A stretch of DNA of 64,000 nucleotides from positions 10,520 to 74,519 of the forward strand of contig JBFHAT010000005.1 in the NCBI GenBank assembly GCA_041586155.1, read 5' to 3'. Of this stretch, positions 48,180-57,912 are shown one piece after another; the stretch's first letter is position 1, and every line of letters begins with the position of its first letter. The stretch is from Acidimicrobiia bacterium. GTDB taxonomy: Bacteria; Actinomycetota; Acidimicrobiia; Spongiisociales; JAENVV01. A program made the translations under genes and the position numbers. Below the pieces are notes generated by a model. The model had not been told where the DNA came from. It saw only the letters and a program-made list of their open reading frames with translations, and did no database searches.

Positions 48180-48623
48180 ATGACGATCCGGGGCAGAATC
48201 GACTCGCGCCGTACCACGCTCGGCGAGGAGCGCGGCGCCGCCCTCGTCGAGTTCGCCGTAAGCGCCATGCTGCTGTTCACCCTCTTGTTCGGCATCATCG
48301 AGGCGGGGTGGGCCTTGTCGAATCAGCTCGATCTGCGGCATTCGGCACGCGAAGGCGCCCGAGTGGCGGCCGTCGGCGCCAACAACGCCGACATCGTCAA
48401 CGCCGTATGCGATGCCATCAAGCCGGGACCCTTCCGAGCATCGGCAACCGTGGCGATCAACGGAGGGACCGACGTCGGAGACACCGTCGATGTCACCGTC
48501 ACCGCCACCAGCAACGGGCTTTCCGGATTCCTCCCGGTCTTCAACAACATCATCATGGACGACACGGCCATCATCTACCTCGAACAGTCGCCCAACTTCG
48601 GAGCGGGCGGCACCTGTCCATGA
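48180..48623 (+). CDS. TadE-like protein (second copy)
   Basis: ERGAALVEFAVSAMLLFTLLFGIIEAGWAL. ATG 48180, with an alternative GTG at 48171. Confidence 0.65.
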   Translation: MTIRGRIDSRRTTLGEERGAALVEFAVSAMLLFTLLFGIIEAGWALSNQLDLRHSAREGARVAAVGANNADIVNAVCDAIKPGPFRASATVAINGGTDVGDTVDVTVTATSNGLSGFLPVFNNIIMDDTAIIYLEQSPNFGAGGTCP

Positions 48624-50110
48624 TCGGCCGGCTCCGCACCGACGAGCGCGGCTCGACGCTGCTCATCGTGGCCTCGTCGCTGCTCGTCCTGATGGGTTTC
48701 GCCGCCCTGGCCGTTGATTGGGGGCTGGGCACCAACCAGCGGCGCGCCGACCAGAACGCCTCCGACTTCGGAGCACTGGGGGCCGTACAGTTCGCCAACC
48801 TCGACGTGACCGCCACCTGCAATCAGTCCAACGTCCGCATGCGGGCCGCCTGCAACGGCGCCGAAGCGGCAATGACCGTTGTCGACCTCAATCTGACCTT
48901 CACCCCGGACTGGACGCAGGCACCGTGCGATCCCAATCGCCCGGCCGAGTTCACGATCGTGTCGCCGCTGACCGACTGCATCAGCTTCACGTCGTCGCTC
49001 GACCGCGCCCGGGTGAGAACTCCGATCATTCCGGTCAACACCCAATTCGGAGCGGTCTTCGGCGTCACCGAGATCGACACCGCCGCCGAAGCAGAGGCAG
49101 GGGCCCGTTCGCTGCTGGGCGGGGCGGTGCTGCCGTTCGGAATCCCCAGCAACTTGGCCGGATCTTCATACGAGTGCTTGCGGTCGGGGGCGCATCCCCA
49201 GTGGGGACCCTGTGCGGGCGGTACCACCGGAAACTACGGGTCACTCGACGTTCCCACGTACGGCTCCGAGGAATTCGTGCAGGCCAACGGCGGCTATGTA
49301 CCAACCATCACCCGCTGCAACGGCGACACCAACGGACGCCTGACCTGGAACATTGCTGCCGGGGTGGATCATCCGATGAGCACCTACACCGTCGGCGATC
49401 CGATCGTGAACGATCGGGCCTCCTGCCCGGTGTTCAACGCCGAGCCCAACCAGGTCGCCGCCCAGACCGGCATCGGCTCCGCGCTCGAGCCGGGCCTGTT
49501 TCAGTCGACCAGCGCCTACTCGGAAGACGGCACCGTGATCCCCGGTCGGCTCAGCCGGGGCGGCAACCAGGTGCAGATCAAGAACGGGGTGTGGGCCGAC
49601 GACACCCCGCTGTGGGACTTCCTGTTGCCGGGAACTTGTGCCGGTGTGCCCGGGGTGACCGGTCAGGTCGACAACCACGCCGAGATGGAGCTGTGCCTCG
49701 ACGCCTGGATGGCCGGCACCGTGGTGGGCATCATCTTCGACCCCGACATTGGGACCTCGGTCCGGTACGGTTTCGCCCCCGAGCTCGACCGCCCCTTCGG
49801 GCCGGGCACCCAGGACTACTTCATCGAGCGTTTCCGGCCTGTCTACCTCGACACGAGCTGGTTCAAGTGCACCGCCTCCGGCCAATGCGACACCGTTCAT
49901 TCGCCGGGTGAGCTCGACCCGTCGATCAGCAATCCCACCGACTCGTGTGCCGCCATCGCCGACCCGGTGCTGACCTGCGGCCTCTTGGTCGCCTCACAGG
50001 ACATCGCTGCCCTGTCGGCCTACATGCTGCAACCCGACATGCTGCCGGCCTCGATCCGCCAGCCCATTCCTGCCGACGACGACCAGCTCGCCTACAACCT
50101 GTCGGGCTGA
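48620..50110 (+). CDS. TadG-like N-terminal domain protein, Cys-rich extracellular paralog (no HExxH)
   Basis: ERGSTLLIVASSLLVLMGFAALAVDWGLG. ATGA overlap with the TadE copy. Colinear similarity to the 46076..47578 product. Confidence 0.6.
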   Translation: MIGRLRTDERGSTLLIVASSLLVLMGFAALAVDWGLGTNQRRADQNASDFGALGAVQFANLDVTATCNQSNVRMRAACNGAEAAMTVVDLNLTFTPDWTQAPCDPNRPAEFTIVSPLTDCISFTSSLDRARVRTPIIPVNTQFGAVFGVTEIDTAAEAEAGARSLLGGAVLPFGIPSNLAGSSYECLRSGAHPQWGPCAGGTTGNYGSLDVPTYGSEEFVQANGGYVPTITRCNGDTNGRLTWNIAAGVDHPMSTYTVGDPIVNDRASCPVFNAEPNQVAAQTGIGSALEPGLFQSTSAYSEDGTVIPGRLSRGGNQVQIKNGVWADDTPLWDFLLPGTCAGVPGVTGQVDNHAEMELCLDAWMAGTVVGIIFDPDIGTSVRYGFAPELDRPFGPGTQDYFIERFRPVYLDTSWFKCTASGQCDTVHSPGELDPSISNPTDSCAAIADPVLTCGLLVASQDIAALSAYMLQPDMLPASIRQPIPADDDQLAYNLSG

Positions 50111-50148
50111 TCTCACTCATCGGGCGATCTCAACCGAGCCCGTCGTGG

Positions 50149-51087
50149 TCACTCGAGCGACAGCGAGTGGAGCTCGTCCACCTTGGCTTTCACCGCTTCA
50201 GCCGCGTCGTGGAGAGCAGCACGCTCTCCGTCGGTCAGGTCCAGCTCCACCACCTGCTCGACGCCGTTGGCGCCCAGCGTCGCCGGGACGCCAAGATAGA
50301 CCTCGTTGATGCCGTACTCGCCGCCGACCCATGCACAGACCGGCATCTGGTCGTGTGAGTCGGTGACGATGGCCCTCACCATTGCCGCTGCAGCGGACGA
50401 TGGGGCGTAGTAGGCAGAGCCGGTCTTCAGAAGCGCGACGATCTCCGCGCCGCCGTCGCTGGTGCGTTGCACCAGGCTGGCGATGGTGTCATCGTCGAGG
50501 ACCTCGGTGAGGGGCGCCCCGTCGACCCGACACTGGGAAGGAACGGGGACCATCGTCTCGCCGTGCGAACCGAGGGTGAGTGCTTCGATCTTCTGGATAT
50601 CGACGCCGGTCTGTTCCGAGATTAAGTGGGCGAATCGCGAAGAGTCGAGGATCCCGGCCTGTCCCATGACCTTGTTGCGGGAGAGACCGCTGACCTCGGC
50701 GGCGAGCGTCGTCATGTGATCGAGCGGATTGGTCACCACCACCAACGTCGCGTCGGGCGACGCGTCCATGATCTGTTCGGTCACGGCTTTGACGATCTTG
50801 GCGTTCACCTCCAGCAGATCCATGCGACTCATCCCCGGCTTGCGAGGAAGGCCGGCGGTGATCACCACGACCTCGCTACCGGCCGTGTCGGCATACGAAT
50901 TGGTTCCGACCACCTTGGTCGAGTACCGCTCCACCGGCCGGCTCTGATTCATGTCGAGGGCCAGGCCTTGGGGCAGACCTTCGACGATGTCGGTCAGGAC
51001 GACCTCATCGACGATGTCTGCCTGAGCGAGGCGCATCGCAGTCGTCGAGCCGTACTTCCCGGCTCCCACTACGGTTACTCTGCGCAT
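50149..51087 (-). CDS. mdh: Malate dehydrogenase (LDH-like NAD-dependent)
   Basis: VTVVGAGKYGSTTA Rossmann motif. LDxxR substrate region. Start ATG 51087 with AAGGAG. Confidence 0.85.
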   Translation of the reverse strand: MRRVTVVGAGKYGSTTAMRLAQADIVDEVVLTDIVEGLPQGLALDMNQSRPVERYSTKVVGTNSYADTAGSEVVVITAGLPRKPGMSRMDLLEVNAKIVKAVTEQIMDASPDATLVVVTNPLDHMTTLAAEVSGLSRNKVMGQAGILDSSRFAHLISEQTGVDIQKIEALTLGSHGETMVPVPSQCRVDGAPLTEVLDDDTIASLVQRTSDGGAEIVALLKTGSAYYAPSSAAAAMVRAIVTDSHDQMPVCAWVGGEYGINEVYLGVPATLGANGVEQVVELDLTDGERAALHDAAEAVKAKVDELHSLSLE

Positions 51088-51137
51088 GCTGCGGAACTCC
51101 TTCACTGGCGAGGGCCGTAGCGTAGCTGCCCTGCCTC

Positions 51138-52292
51138 ATGCGAATCATCAAGCCCTACCTCCTTGCGGCCGTCTTGGCCGTCTCCGTGGCCGCCTGCGCC
51201 GGCTCGCCCGATCCCACGCCGACCACCACCCGGCCGGAGCTTGTGGACCGGATCTTCGACCTGACCGACCCCGTCATCCAGGCCGAGGTGGGTGCCCCGC
51301 CGTTCGAACCGGTCGGGTGGCAGCGCTTCGTCGGTCCGTTGACCGCCGTCGGCGACACCGCCCTGCCTGATCCGCGGGAGGTGGAGATCATCGCTGCTGC
51401 AGCGGCCGATGCGGTGCCGCAGTTGCTCGACGGCGTACGCAATCTGGTTCGCACGTCGGATGCGCCTCCCTCTCACCTCGACACGTCGGCGGCGGTGGCG
51501 GTCGCCGTCGGACCCGATATCTATCTGCTGGACCGGGTTTTCTCGGTCGAGGCTCGGGCTGGGCGATATCAGGTGGCGTATGCGATCAACCACGAGCTGA
51601 CCCACGTCCAGCAGTGGCTGGCGCTGGACGACGCATATCTGAACGCCGCTGCCCGGGGCGAGGTCGACGCGATCGAGCTGGATTCCGGCTCAGACGCCGT
51701 GCGGGCGTTCGCCGCCGCCACCGGTTGGACCGACACCGGCGACGAGCCGTGGCAGGCGCAGTGGGTGATCGACAGCGATTCCGTCCCTGCCACCGAATAC
51801 GGGACGGCCGGCCCGGCCGAGGACATGGCCGAGACCGTTGCGCTCGCTGCGTCGGGTAGGAGCAACTGGCTCGACCCGGCCCGCCGCGTCTGGCTGTCCG
51901 AGTGGCTGGGGGCGCCGCTGACGGATCTCGATGCTGGTCAGCCCTTCGTACCCGAAGGCGCCTCCGAGGTGAACTCGGCCGACCTCCTCTACGACGAGGA
52001 AGCCGTTGCGGCGCAGAAGGGCGAGCGGCGGCGCGTCGAGCCGCTGTATTTCCAGCTGCCCGCCGACGTCGACGCAGCCGAAGTCCTCGCCGCCGACATC
52101 GCCGAGGAACTAGGACGGCGAGGGCTGACCGGGACGATGGCCACCATCGACGACGAGCGGCTCATGCGGTTCGGAGGCTCCTTCGAGAGGGGCGACGGCG
52201 TTGGATTCCGGGTGGAGCTGTGGGACTTCCGCACCTCGACCTTCGAAAGGGGGCCGGGTGAGCCGATTCTGAGCTACGTGATGATCTGGTGA
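51138..52292 (+). CDS. Lipoprotein with HExxH motif (putative zinc metallopeptidase)
   Basis: Lipobox LAVSVAAC. INHELTHVQQW motif. 384 aa. Confidence 0.45.
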   Translation: MRIIKPYLLAAVLAVSVAACAGSPDPTPTTTRPELVDRIFDLTDPVIQAEVGAPPFEPVGWQRFVGPLTAVGDTALPDPREVEIIAAAAADAVPQLLDGVRNLVRTSDAPPSHLDTSAAVAVAVGPDIYLLDRVFSVEARAGRYQVAYAINHELTHVQQWLALDDAYLNAAARGEVDAIELDSGSDAVRAFAAATGWTDTGDEPWQAQWVIDSDSVPATEYGTAGPAEDMAETVALAASGRSNWLDPARRVWLSEWLGAPLTDLDAGQPFVPEGASEVNSADLLYDEEAVAAQKGERRRVEPLYFQLPADVDAAEVLAADIAEELGRRGLTGTMATIDDERLMRFGGSFERGDGVGFRVELWDFRTSTFERGPGEPILSYVMIW

Positions 52293-53128
52293 ACGTCGAC
52301 GTCGAGGCCCACGTCGAGCTGAGCGACCGAGTGAGTCAACCAGCCGAGTGAAAGCACGTCGACGCCGGTCTCGGCGATCTCGCGCGCGTTCTCCAAAGTG
52401 ATTCCGCCGGACGCCTCCGTCACCATCTTCCCGTCGACCATCGCCACGGCTTCGCGCAGGGTCGCCGGGTCCATGTTGTCGAGCAGGACGACATCTACCG
52501 GGTCTTCCAGGAGCACGGCGAGCTGCTCGAGCGCATCAACCTCGACCTCGATCTTCACGGTGTGACCCACCGACGCCCGCACGGCGCGTACCGCCTCGGC
52601 GATGCCTCCTGCCACAGCGATGTGATTGTCCTTGATCATGACGGCGTCGCCGAGCGAAAAGCGATGGTTGGCGCCTCCGCCCATGCGTACGGCGTGCTTC
52701 TCGAGAGCCCGCAATCCTGGGGTGGTCTTGCGGGTGTCGGCGATCGCCGCGCCGGTACCTTCGACTGCCAGCACCACGGCTCGAGTCATCGTGGCGATTC
52801 CCGACATTCGCCCCAGCAGGTTGAGCGCCGTCCGCTCGCCGAGGAGGATCCCGCGTGCCGGGCCCGTGAGCTCGGCGAGCACCTGTCCTGCTCCGACTTC
52901 GTCGCCGTCATGACACAACGATCGAAAGGCGATCCGACCATCGGCGTATGCAAAAGCGGCCGCGGCGACCTCCAATCCGGCCGCCGTACCATCTTGGCGG
53001 GTACTGAGCACCGCCGACGCCGACGCACCTGGAGGGATCACCGCCTCGGTCGTCAGGTCGCCGGCGGCGCCGAGATCCTCCTGGAACGCCGTTTCGATCA
53101 CCGGGAGATACATCGATCGATGCAGCAT
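52274..53128 (-). CDS. nadC: Nicotinate-nucleotide pyrophosphorylase (quinolinate phosphoribosyltransferase)
   Basis: Start at internal Met MLHRSMYLPV. QPRTase motifs (GGGANHRFSLGDAVMIKDNH). Overlaps the nadB stop. Confidence 0.85.
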   Translation of the reverse strand: MLHRSMYLPVIETAFQEDLGAAGDLTTEAVIPPGASASAVLSTRQDGTAAGLEVAAAAFAYADGRIAFRSLCHDGDEVGAGQVLAELTGPARGILLGERTALNLLGRMSGIATMTRAVVLAVEGTGAAIADTRKTTPGLRALEKHAVRMGGGANHRFSLGDAVMIKDNHIAVAGGIAEAVRAVRASVGHTVKIEVEVDALEQLAVLLEDPVDVVLLDNMDPATLREAVAMVDGKMVTEASGGITLENAREIAETGVDVLSLGWLTHSVAQLDVGLDVDVHQIIT

Positions 53129-54657
53129 CACCGGGTCAGTTGGGGGAGTCGACCGAGCGCCGGCCGAAGCTTCGTGGTGCGGCGTTCCTGTGCTCGTGGG
53201 TCGGGTGTGGGGTGGTCGAGCCGGTAGTGCGCCCCGCGGCTCTCCCGCCGCTCGAGGGCGGCGGTGGCGATCAGCCGGGCGACTTCGTGGAGATTTCTTC
53301 CTTCCCCTGATGCACGCGCTTGGTCCGTCAGGGCATCGATCTGCTGGAGTCCGGCGCGGAGCGACTCGGCCGATCGTTCGACACCGACGTGCTCCCACAT
53401 CGCCGAGCGCAGTGGATCGAGGCCGACACCGCGACGATCGCGGGTGTCAAGCGCATCGTGCGGCACCAGGAGAGAGCCATCATCGATGGAGGTTCGATGA
53501 CGACGCACGGCGTCGGCTGTCAATCGGCCGAACACGAGGCCCTCCAGAAGGCTGTTGGACGCGAGGCGGTTGGCACCGTGGATCCCGGTGGATGCAGCCT
53601 CCCCCACTGCGAACAAGCCGGGCAGGCTCGTGGCGCCGTCGGGGGCGGCATCGATGCCGCCCATGAAGTAATGGCAGGCGGGCGAGACGGGCAGCGGCTG
53701 ATATCGGGGGTCGAGGCCCGCAGCCATTGCCGACGCAAAGACCGTGGGGAATCGCTCGGGGAATGCTGCGCCGATCATCGTGGCGTCCAGATAGGCGTCG
53801 CCCCGGTGACGGTAGTTGGCTCGCGCCACGACGTCGCGCGGGGCGAGCTCGGCATCGGGGTGAAGGTCGAGCATGTAGCGGTGTCCGGAGCCGTCGATCA
53901 GGTGCGCTCCTTCGCCGCGGAGCGCCTCGGTCAGAAGCGGCATGGGATCGAGTCGTGCATCGAGCGCCGTCGGATGGAACTGCACGAACTCCATGTCGGC
54001 CAACACGGCCCCCGCCCGGGCTGCCATGGCAATTCCGTCGCCGGTGACGACGGTCGGATTCGTAGTCCGGGCGTATACCTGACCGATGCCGCCCGTAGCG
54101 ATCACCACCGCCGGAGCCAGCCAGACCTCGGTTTCGTTCCGGCTGGTCAGCATCACGACCCCTACCACCGACCCCGAGCGATCCAGCACCAGGTCGACGG
54201 CGAAATGATCCTCATGGACTTCGAGATCGGTTCGGTTGTCGACGGCCTCGGTCAGCGTGCGCATGATCTCGGCGCCGGTTGCGTCGCCATTGGCGTGGAC
54301 GATCCGCCTCCGGCCATGCCCGCCTTCCCGGCCCAGGGCGAGGTCACCCGATGTCGTCCGGTCGAACCGGGCACCCAGCCGGATGAGCTCGGCGACGGCG
54401 TCGGGCCCGCCCCTCGTCAGCACCTCGACCGCGTCGGCCACGGCCAGTCCCGCCGACACCGACAGAGTGTCCTGGGCATGGAGATCGGGGTGATCATCTT
54501 CCCCGAGTGCCGACGCGACTCCCCCTTGGGCCCAATCGGAGGAACCCGCTCCAAGACGCGTCTTCGTGGCGATGATGGCAGGGCCGGCGGCCAGTGCCAC
54601 CGACAGTCCGCCGACGCCGGAGCCGATGATGACGGGTCGGTCGTGACGAACGATCAA
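53128..54657 (-). CDS. nadB: L-aspartate oxidase
   Basis: FAD motif VIIGSGVGGLSVA. Succinate-dehydrogenase-like flavoprotein fold. 509 aa. Confidence 0.85.
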   Translation of the reverse strand: MIVRHDRPVIIGSGVGGLSVALAAGPAIIATKTRLGAGSSDWAQGGVASALGEDDHPDLHAQDTLSVSAGLAVADAVEVLTRGGPDAVAELIRLGARFDRTTSGDLALGREGGHGRRRIVHANGDATGAEIMRTLTEAVDNRTDLEVHEDHFAVDLVLDRSGSVVGVVMLTSRNETEVWLAPAVVIATGGIGQVYARTTNPTVVTGDGIAMAARAGAVLADMEFVQFHPTALDARLDPMPLLTEALRGEGAHLIDGSGHRYMLDLHPDAELAPRDVVARANYRHRGDAYLDATMIGAAFPERFPTVFASAMAAGLDPRYQPLPVSPACHYFMGGIDAAPDGATSLPGLFAVGEAASTGIHGANRLASNSLLEGLVFGRLTADAVRRHRTSIDDGSLLVPHDALDTRDRRGVGLDPLRSAMWEHVGVERSAESLRAGLQQIDALTDQARASGEGRNLHEVARLIATAALERRESRGAHYRLDHPTPDPRAQERRTTKLRPALGRLPQLTR

Positions 54658-54659
54658 GG

Positions 54660-55601
54660 TCAGACCTTGACGGCCAGCATCCGCTCGACGGCCTCCCGGG
54701 CGCGGTCGGCCACGTCAGGATCGACCGTCACCTCGTATGTCATGGTCTCGAGGCTGCGGCGGATGTTGTCGAGTGTGATGCGCTTCATGTGTGGGCACAG
54801 GTTGCACGGCACGATGAACTCGATATCGGGATACTCGGCAGACACGTTGTCGCTCATCGAGCATTCGGTCACCATCATGACCTGATCAGGCTGATTGGCT
54901 CCGACCCAGTTGATCATGCCGGAGGTGGACCCGACGAAGTCGGCTTCGTCCAGCACATCACCAGGGCATTCGGGATGGGCGATGATCTGGAGCTCGGGAT
55001 GGCTCTTGCGGTACGACCGCAACTCGTCGCCGGTGAACCGCTCGTGCACCATGCAGGAGCCCTCCCAGAAGATCAGCTCCTTGTCGGTCTGGCCGGCAAC
55101 CCACCCGCCCAGGTACTGGTCGGGGATGAAGATGACGCGATCGCTGTCGAGCGATTCGACCACCTGCACAGCGTTCCCCGAGGTGCAACAGATCGTCGAT
55201 TCGGCCTTGACCTCTGCCGAGGTGTTGACGTAGGTGACGACGGGAACGCCCGGATGCTGCTCCTTGAGCCTGCGCACGTCGTCTGCGGTGATCCCTTCGG
55301 CGAGCGAACACCCGGCTCGTAGATCCGGGATCAGCACGGTCTTCTCCGGGTTGGCGATCTTGGCGGTCTCTGCCATGAAGTGGACACCCGCCATCACGAT
55401 CACGTCGGCGTCGGTCTCGGCCGCCATGCGTGCCAGCGCCAGTGAGTCTCCCCTCAGGTCGGCGGCCAAGTGGTAGATGTCGGGAGTCATGTAGTTGTGG
55501 GCGAGAATGACGGCGTTGCGTTGCCGCTTGAGTTGCTGGATACGATCGAGCACCGGCTCCTTGATCGCCAGCTCGATGTCGGGAATGGCATGTGTGGTCA
55601 C
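54660..55601 (-). CDS. nadA: Quinolinate synthase A
   Basis: NadA motifs ([17 protein letters not shown], three-Cys). Start reassigned to GTG 55601 (AAGAGG RBS), because the ATG at 55637 would place a 21-bp palindromic operator inside the coding region. Confidence 0.8.
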   Translation of the reverse strand: MTTHAIPDIELAIKEPVLDRIQQLKRQRNAVILAHNYMTPDIYHLAADLRGDSLALARMAAETDADVIVMAGVHFMAETAKIANPEKTVLIPDLRAGCSLAEGITADDVRRLKEQHPGVPVVTYVNTSAEVKAESTICCTSGNAVQVVESLDSDRVIFIPDQYLGGWVAGQTDKELIFWEGSCMVHERFTGDELRSYRKSHPELQIIAHPECPGDVLDEADFVGSTSGMINWVGANQPDQVMMVTECSMSDNVSAEYPDIEFIVPCNLCPHMKRITLDNIRRSLETMTYEVTVDPDVADRAREAVERMLAVKV

Positions 55602-55611
55602 TGGGCACCTC

Positions 55612-55632
55612 TTATACTCGTAATGAGTATAA
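55612..55632. promoter_or_regulatory. 21-bp palindrome TTATACTC-gtaat-GAGTATAA; candidate NrtR operator controlling nadA-nadB-nadC
   Basis: Perfect 8-bp arms read from the sequence, located between the nrtR stop and nadA, ~10 bp upstream of the GTG start. Confidence 0.5.
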
Positions 55633-55675
55633 CTCATCGTGAGAGGAGGTCAATTCCCGCCTTTCACCATGGCCA

Positions 55676-56566
55676 TCACCAGGGCCTGCCCACGCCGGGG
55701 CGGGGATGTTCGCTCGTGACTTCACGCCGGAAGCGAAACAGCTCGGCCGGGCGGCCCCCGGTGGAGGTGGTGGCGCCGGTCCCCTCGACCAGGCCGGCTC
55801 GCTCGACGAGCCGCCGAAAATTCTGCTTGTGGAGCGGGGTGCCGGCCAGCGCCTCCACGACGCGCTGCAACTGCAGCAGCGTGAATTCATCCGGCAGCAG
55901 CTCGAACACCACCGGCCGGTAGGTCAACTTGCCACGGAGGCGTCCGATCGCAGTGGCGATGATGCGCCGGTGGTCCGAAGCCATCGACCGGCTTGGCGGC
56001 AGGTCCTCGGGAATCTCGGACCGCCGGTCGGTGTGGGCCTCGGCCACCAATGCCGCCTCGTACATCAGCTCGTACCGCTCGAGGACTCGTACCCCGTCCC
56101 ATGGGAAGCCATCGGTGGCGAACGTCCTTCGGAGTCGGGCCTGGCGAGCCGGGTCCGGTCCGGCCCAGTCGACGAGACGCGGGACGATCACGTCGTCGAT
56201 CACCGCAGGCCTACCCGCACGATGGTCCTCCCACGGATAGAGGTCGTACCAATCGGTCCAGCCGGCGGAAGCGGCCGGGCTGGTCTCGGCAACCAGCCCC
56301 ACATAGGCGACCGACAGCAGGCGGCCGGCGTCGGCTTCCGGACGACGGCCGATGTCACCGAAGGTGTAGAGCTGCTCGAGGTAGCCGAGCTCCAAGCCGG
56401 TCTGATCCCGCACCCAGCGGCGCACTGCCAGCTCGAGAGTGCGATCGCGTTCGGGTTCCAGCGGGCCCGACGGGAGACTGGGCAGCCCGCCGGCCAGCAC
56501 CGCCAGCACGCGGGGCGTGTTCTCGGTGACGGCGACGATGACGCCGTCGAGAGTGATCGAGATCAT
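55676..56566 (-). CDS. nrtR: NrtR-family Nudix-related transcriptional regulator
   Basis: N-terminal Nudix-like domain and a C-terminal winged-helix domain. Positioned upstream of nadABC. 296 aa. Confidence 0.65.
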   Translation of the reverse strand: MISITLDGVIVAVTENTPRVLAVLAGGLPSLPSGPLEPERDRTLELAVRRWVRDQTGLELGYLEQLYTFGDIGRRPEADAGRLLSVAYVGLVAETSPAASAGWTDWYDLYPWEDHRAGRPAVIDDVIVPRLVDWAGPDPARQARLRRTFATDGFPWDGVRVLERYELMYEAALVAEAHTDRRSEIPEDLPPSRSMASDHRRIIATAIGRLRGKLTYRPVVFELLPDEFTLLQLQRVVEALAGTPLHKQNFRRLVERAGLVEGTGATTSTGGRPAELFRFRREVTSEHPRPGVGRPW

Positions 56567-56643
56567 GTGGCAACGAGGCTACAACCGCGTGCCGGCCCGG
56601 CGGCGCGCCAGGGCGGACTACCGCAGGTAGGCCCGGCCGCGAG

Positions 56644-57849
56644 TCAAACCATGCGCTCGATCATCGCATCGGCGAATTCCGACGTCTTCACCTCGGTCGC
56701 TCCGTCCATGAGCCGGGCGAAGTCGTAGGTCACGATGCGGTCGCCGATGGCGCCTTCCAGGCCGGTGACGATCAGGTCGGCAGCCTCGCGCCACCCCATG
56801 TATCGCAACATCAACTCGCCCGACAGGATCACCGAACCCGGGTTGACCTTGTCCTGACCGGCGTACTTCGGAGCCGTGCCATGGGTGGCTTCGAACACCG
56901 CCACGCCCGTCTCGTAGTTGATGTTGCCGCCGGGAGCGATGCCGATCCCGCCTACCTGGGCGGCAAGGGCGTCCGACAGGTAGTCACCGTTCAGGTTCAT
57001 CGTGGCGATGACGTCGTAGTTGGCCGGCCGAGTCAGGACCTGCTGGAGCATGGCGTCGGCGATCACGTCCTGGATGAGGATCTTCTCCCCGGGGTCGCCC
57101 CCCGATTCCTCCCAGGACACCACCTGCTCCGAGAACTCGTCGCGGGCCACCTCATACCCCCAATTGCGGAAGGCGCCCTCGGTGAATTTCATGATGTTGC
57201 CCTTGTGGACGAGCGTCACGGATTCTCGGTTGTTGGCGATGGCGTACTGGATGGCTGCGCGGACGAGGCGCTTGGATCCGGACTCGGAGATCGGCTTGAT
57301 CCCCAGGCCCGAGTCGGGTCGGATGTCCCAGCCGAACTCCTCCCGAACGAACTCGAGAAGGCGCTTGGCGTCCTCGGTGCCCTTCTCGAGCTCCTTGCCT
57401 GCGTAGACGTCTTCGGTGTTCTCACGGAAGATGACCATGTCGACCAGGTCCGGCTGCTTGACCGGCGATGGCACTCCCTGGAACCAGCGAACCGGTCGCA
57501 GGCAGACGTAGAGGTCGAGTTTCTGACGCAACGCCACGTTCAGGCTGCGAATCCCGCCGCCGACCGGCGTGGTCAGCGGGCCCTTGATGCCGACGAGGTA
57601 TTGCTCGAACGCCGCCACGGTGTCACCAGGCAGCCATTCACCGGTACGGTCGTATGCGCTCTCGCCCGCCAGGACTTCCGTCCAGGCGATGGTCCGATCT
57701 GCGCCGTACGCCTCGGCAACGGCGGCGTCAAACACCCGCACTGCGGCCGCCCAGATGTCAGGCCCGATCCCATCGCCTTCGATGAACGGGATGATGGGGT
57801 CGTTGGGGACGACCAGCCCTTCCGGGCCCATCGTGATCGGCGTGGCCAT
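56644..57849 (-). CDS. icd: Isocitrate dehydrogenase (NADP-dependent, homodimeric type)
   Basis: 401 aa. Characteristic IDH motifs ([18 protein letters not shown]). Confidence 0.9.
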   Translation of the reverse strand: MATPITMGPEGLVVPNDPIIPFIEGDGIGPDIWAAAVRVFDAAVAEAYGADRTIAWTEVLAGESAYDRTGEWLPGDTVAAFEQYLVGIKGPLTTPVGGGIRSLNVALRQKLDLYVCLRPVRWFQGVPSPVKQPDLVDMVIFRENTEDVYAGKELEKGTEDAKRLLEFVREEFGWDIRPDSGLGIKPISESGSKRLVRAAIQYAIANNRESVTLVHKGNIMKFTEGAFRNWGYEVARDEFSEQVVSWEESGGDPGEKILIQDVIADAMLQQVLTRPANYDVIATMNLNGDYLSDALAAQVGGIGIAPGGNINYETGVAVFEATHGTAPKYAGQDKVNPGSVILSGELMLRYMGWREAADLIVTGLEGAIGDRIVTYDFARLMDGATEVKTSEFADAMIERMV

Positions 57850-57912
57850 GTCAGCTCCTGAGTGGGCGAGCGGCGATTATCGCACGACCGGCGGGGCGCA
57901 GCCGAACCGCTC

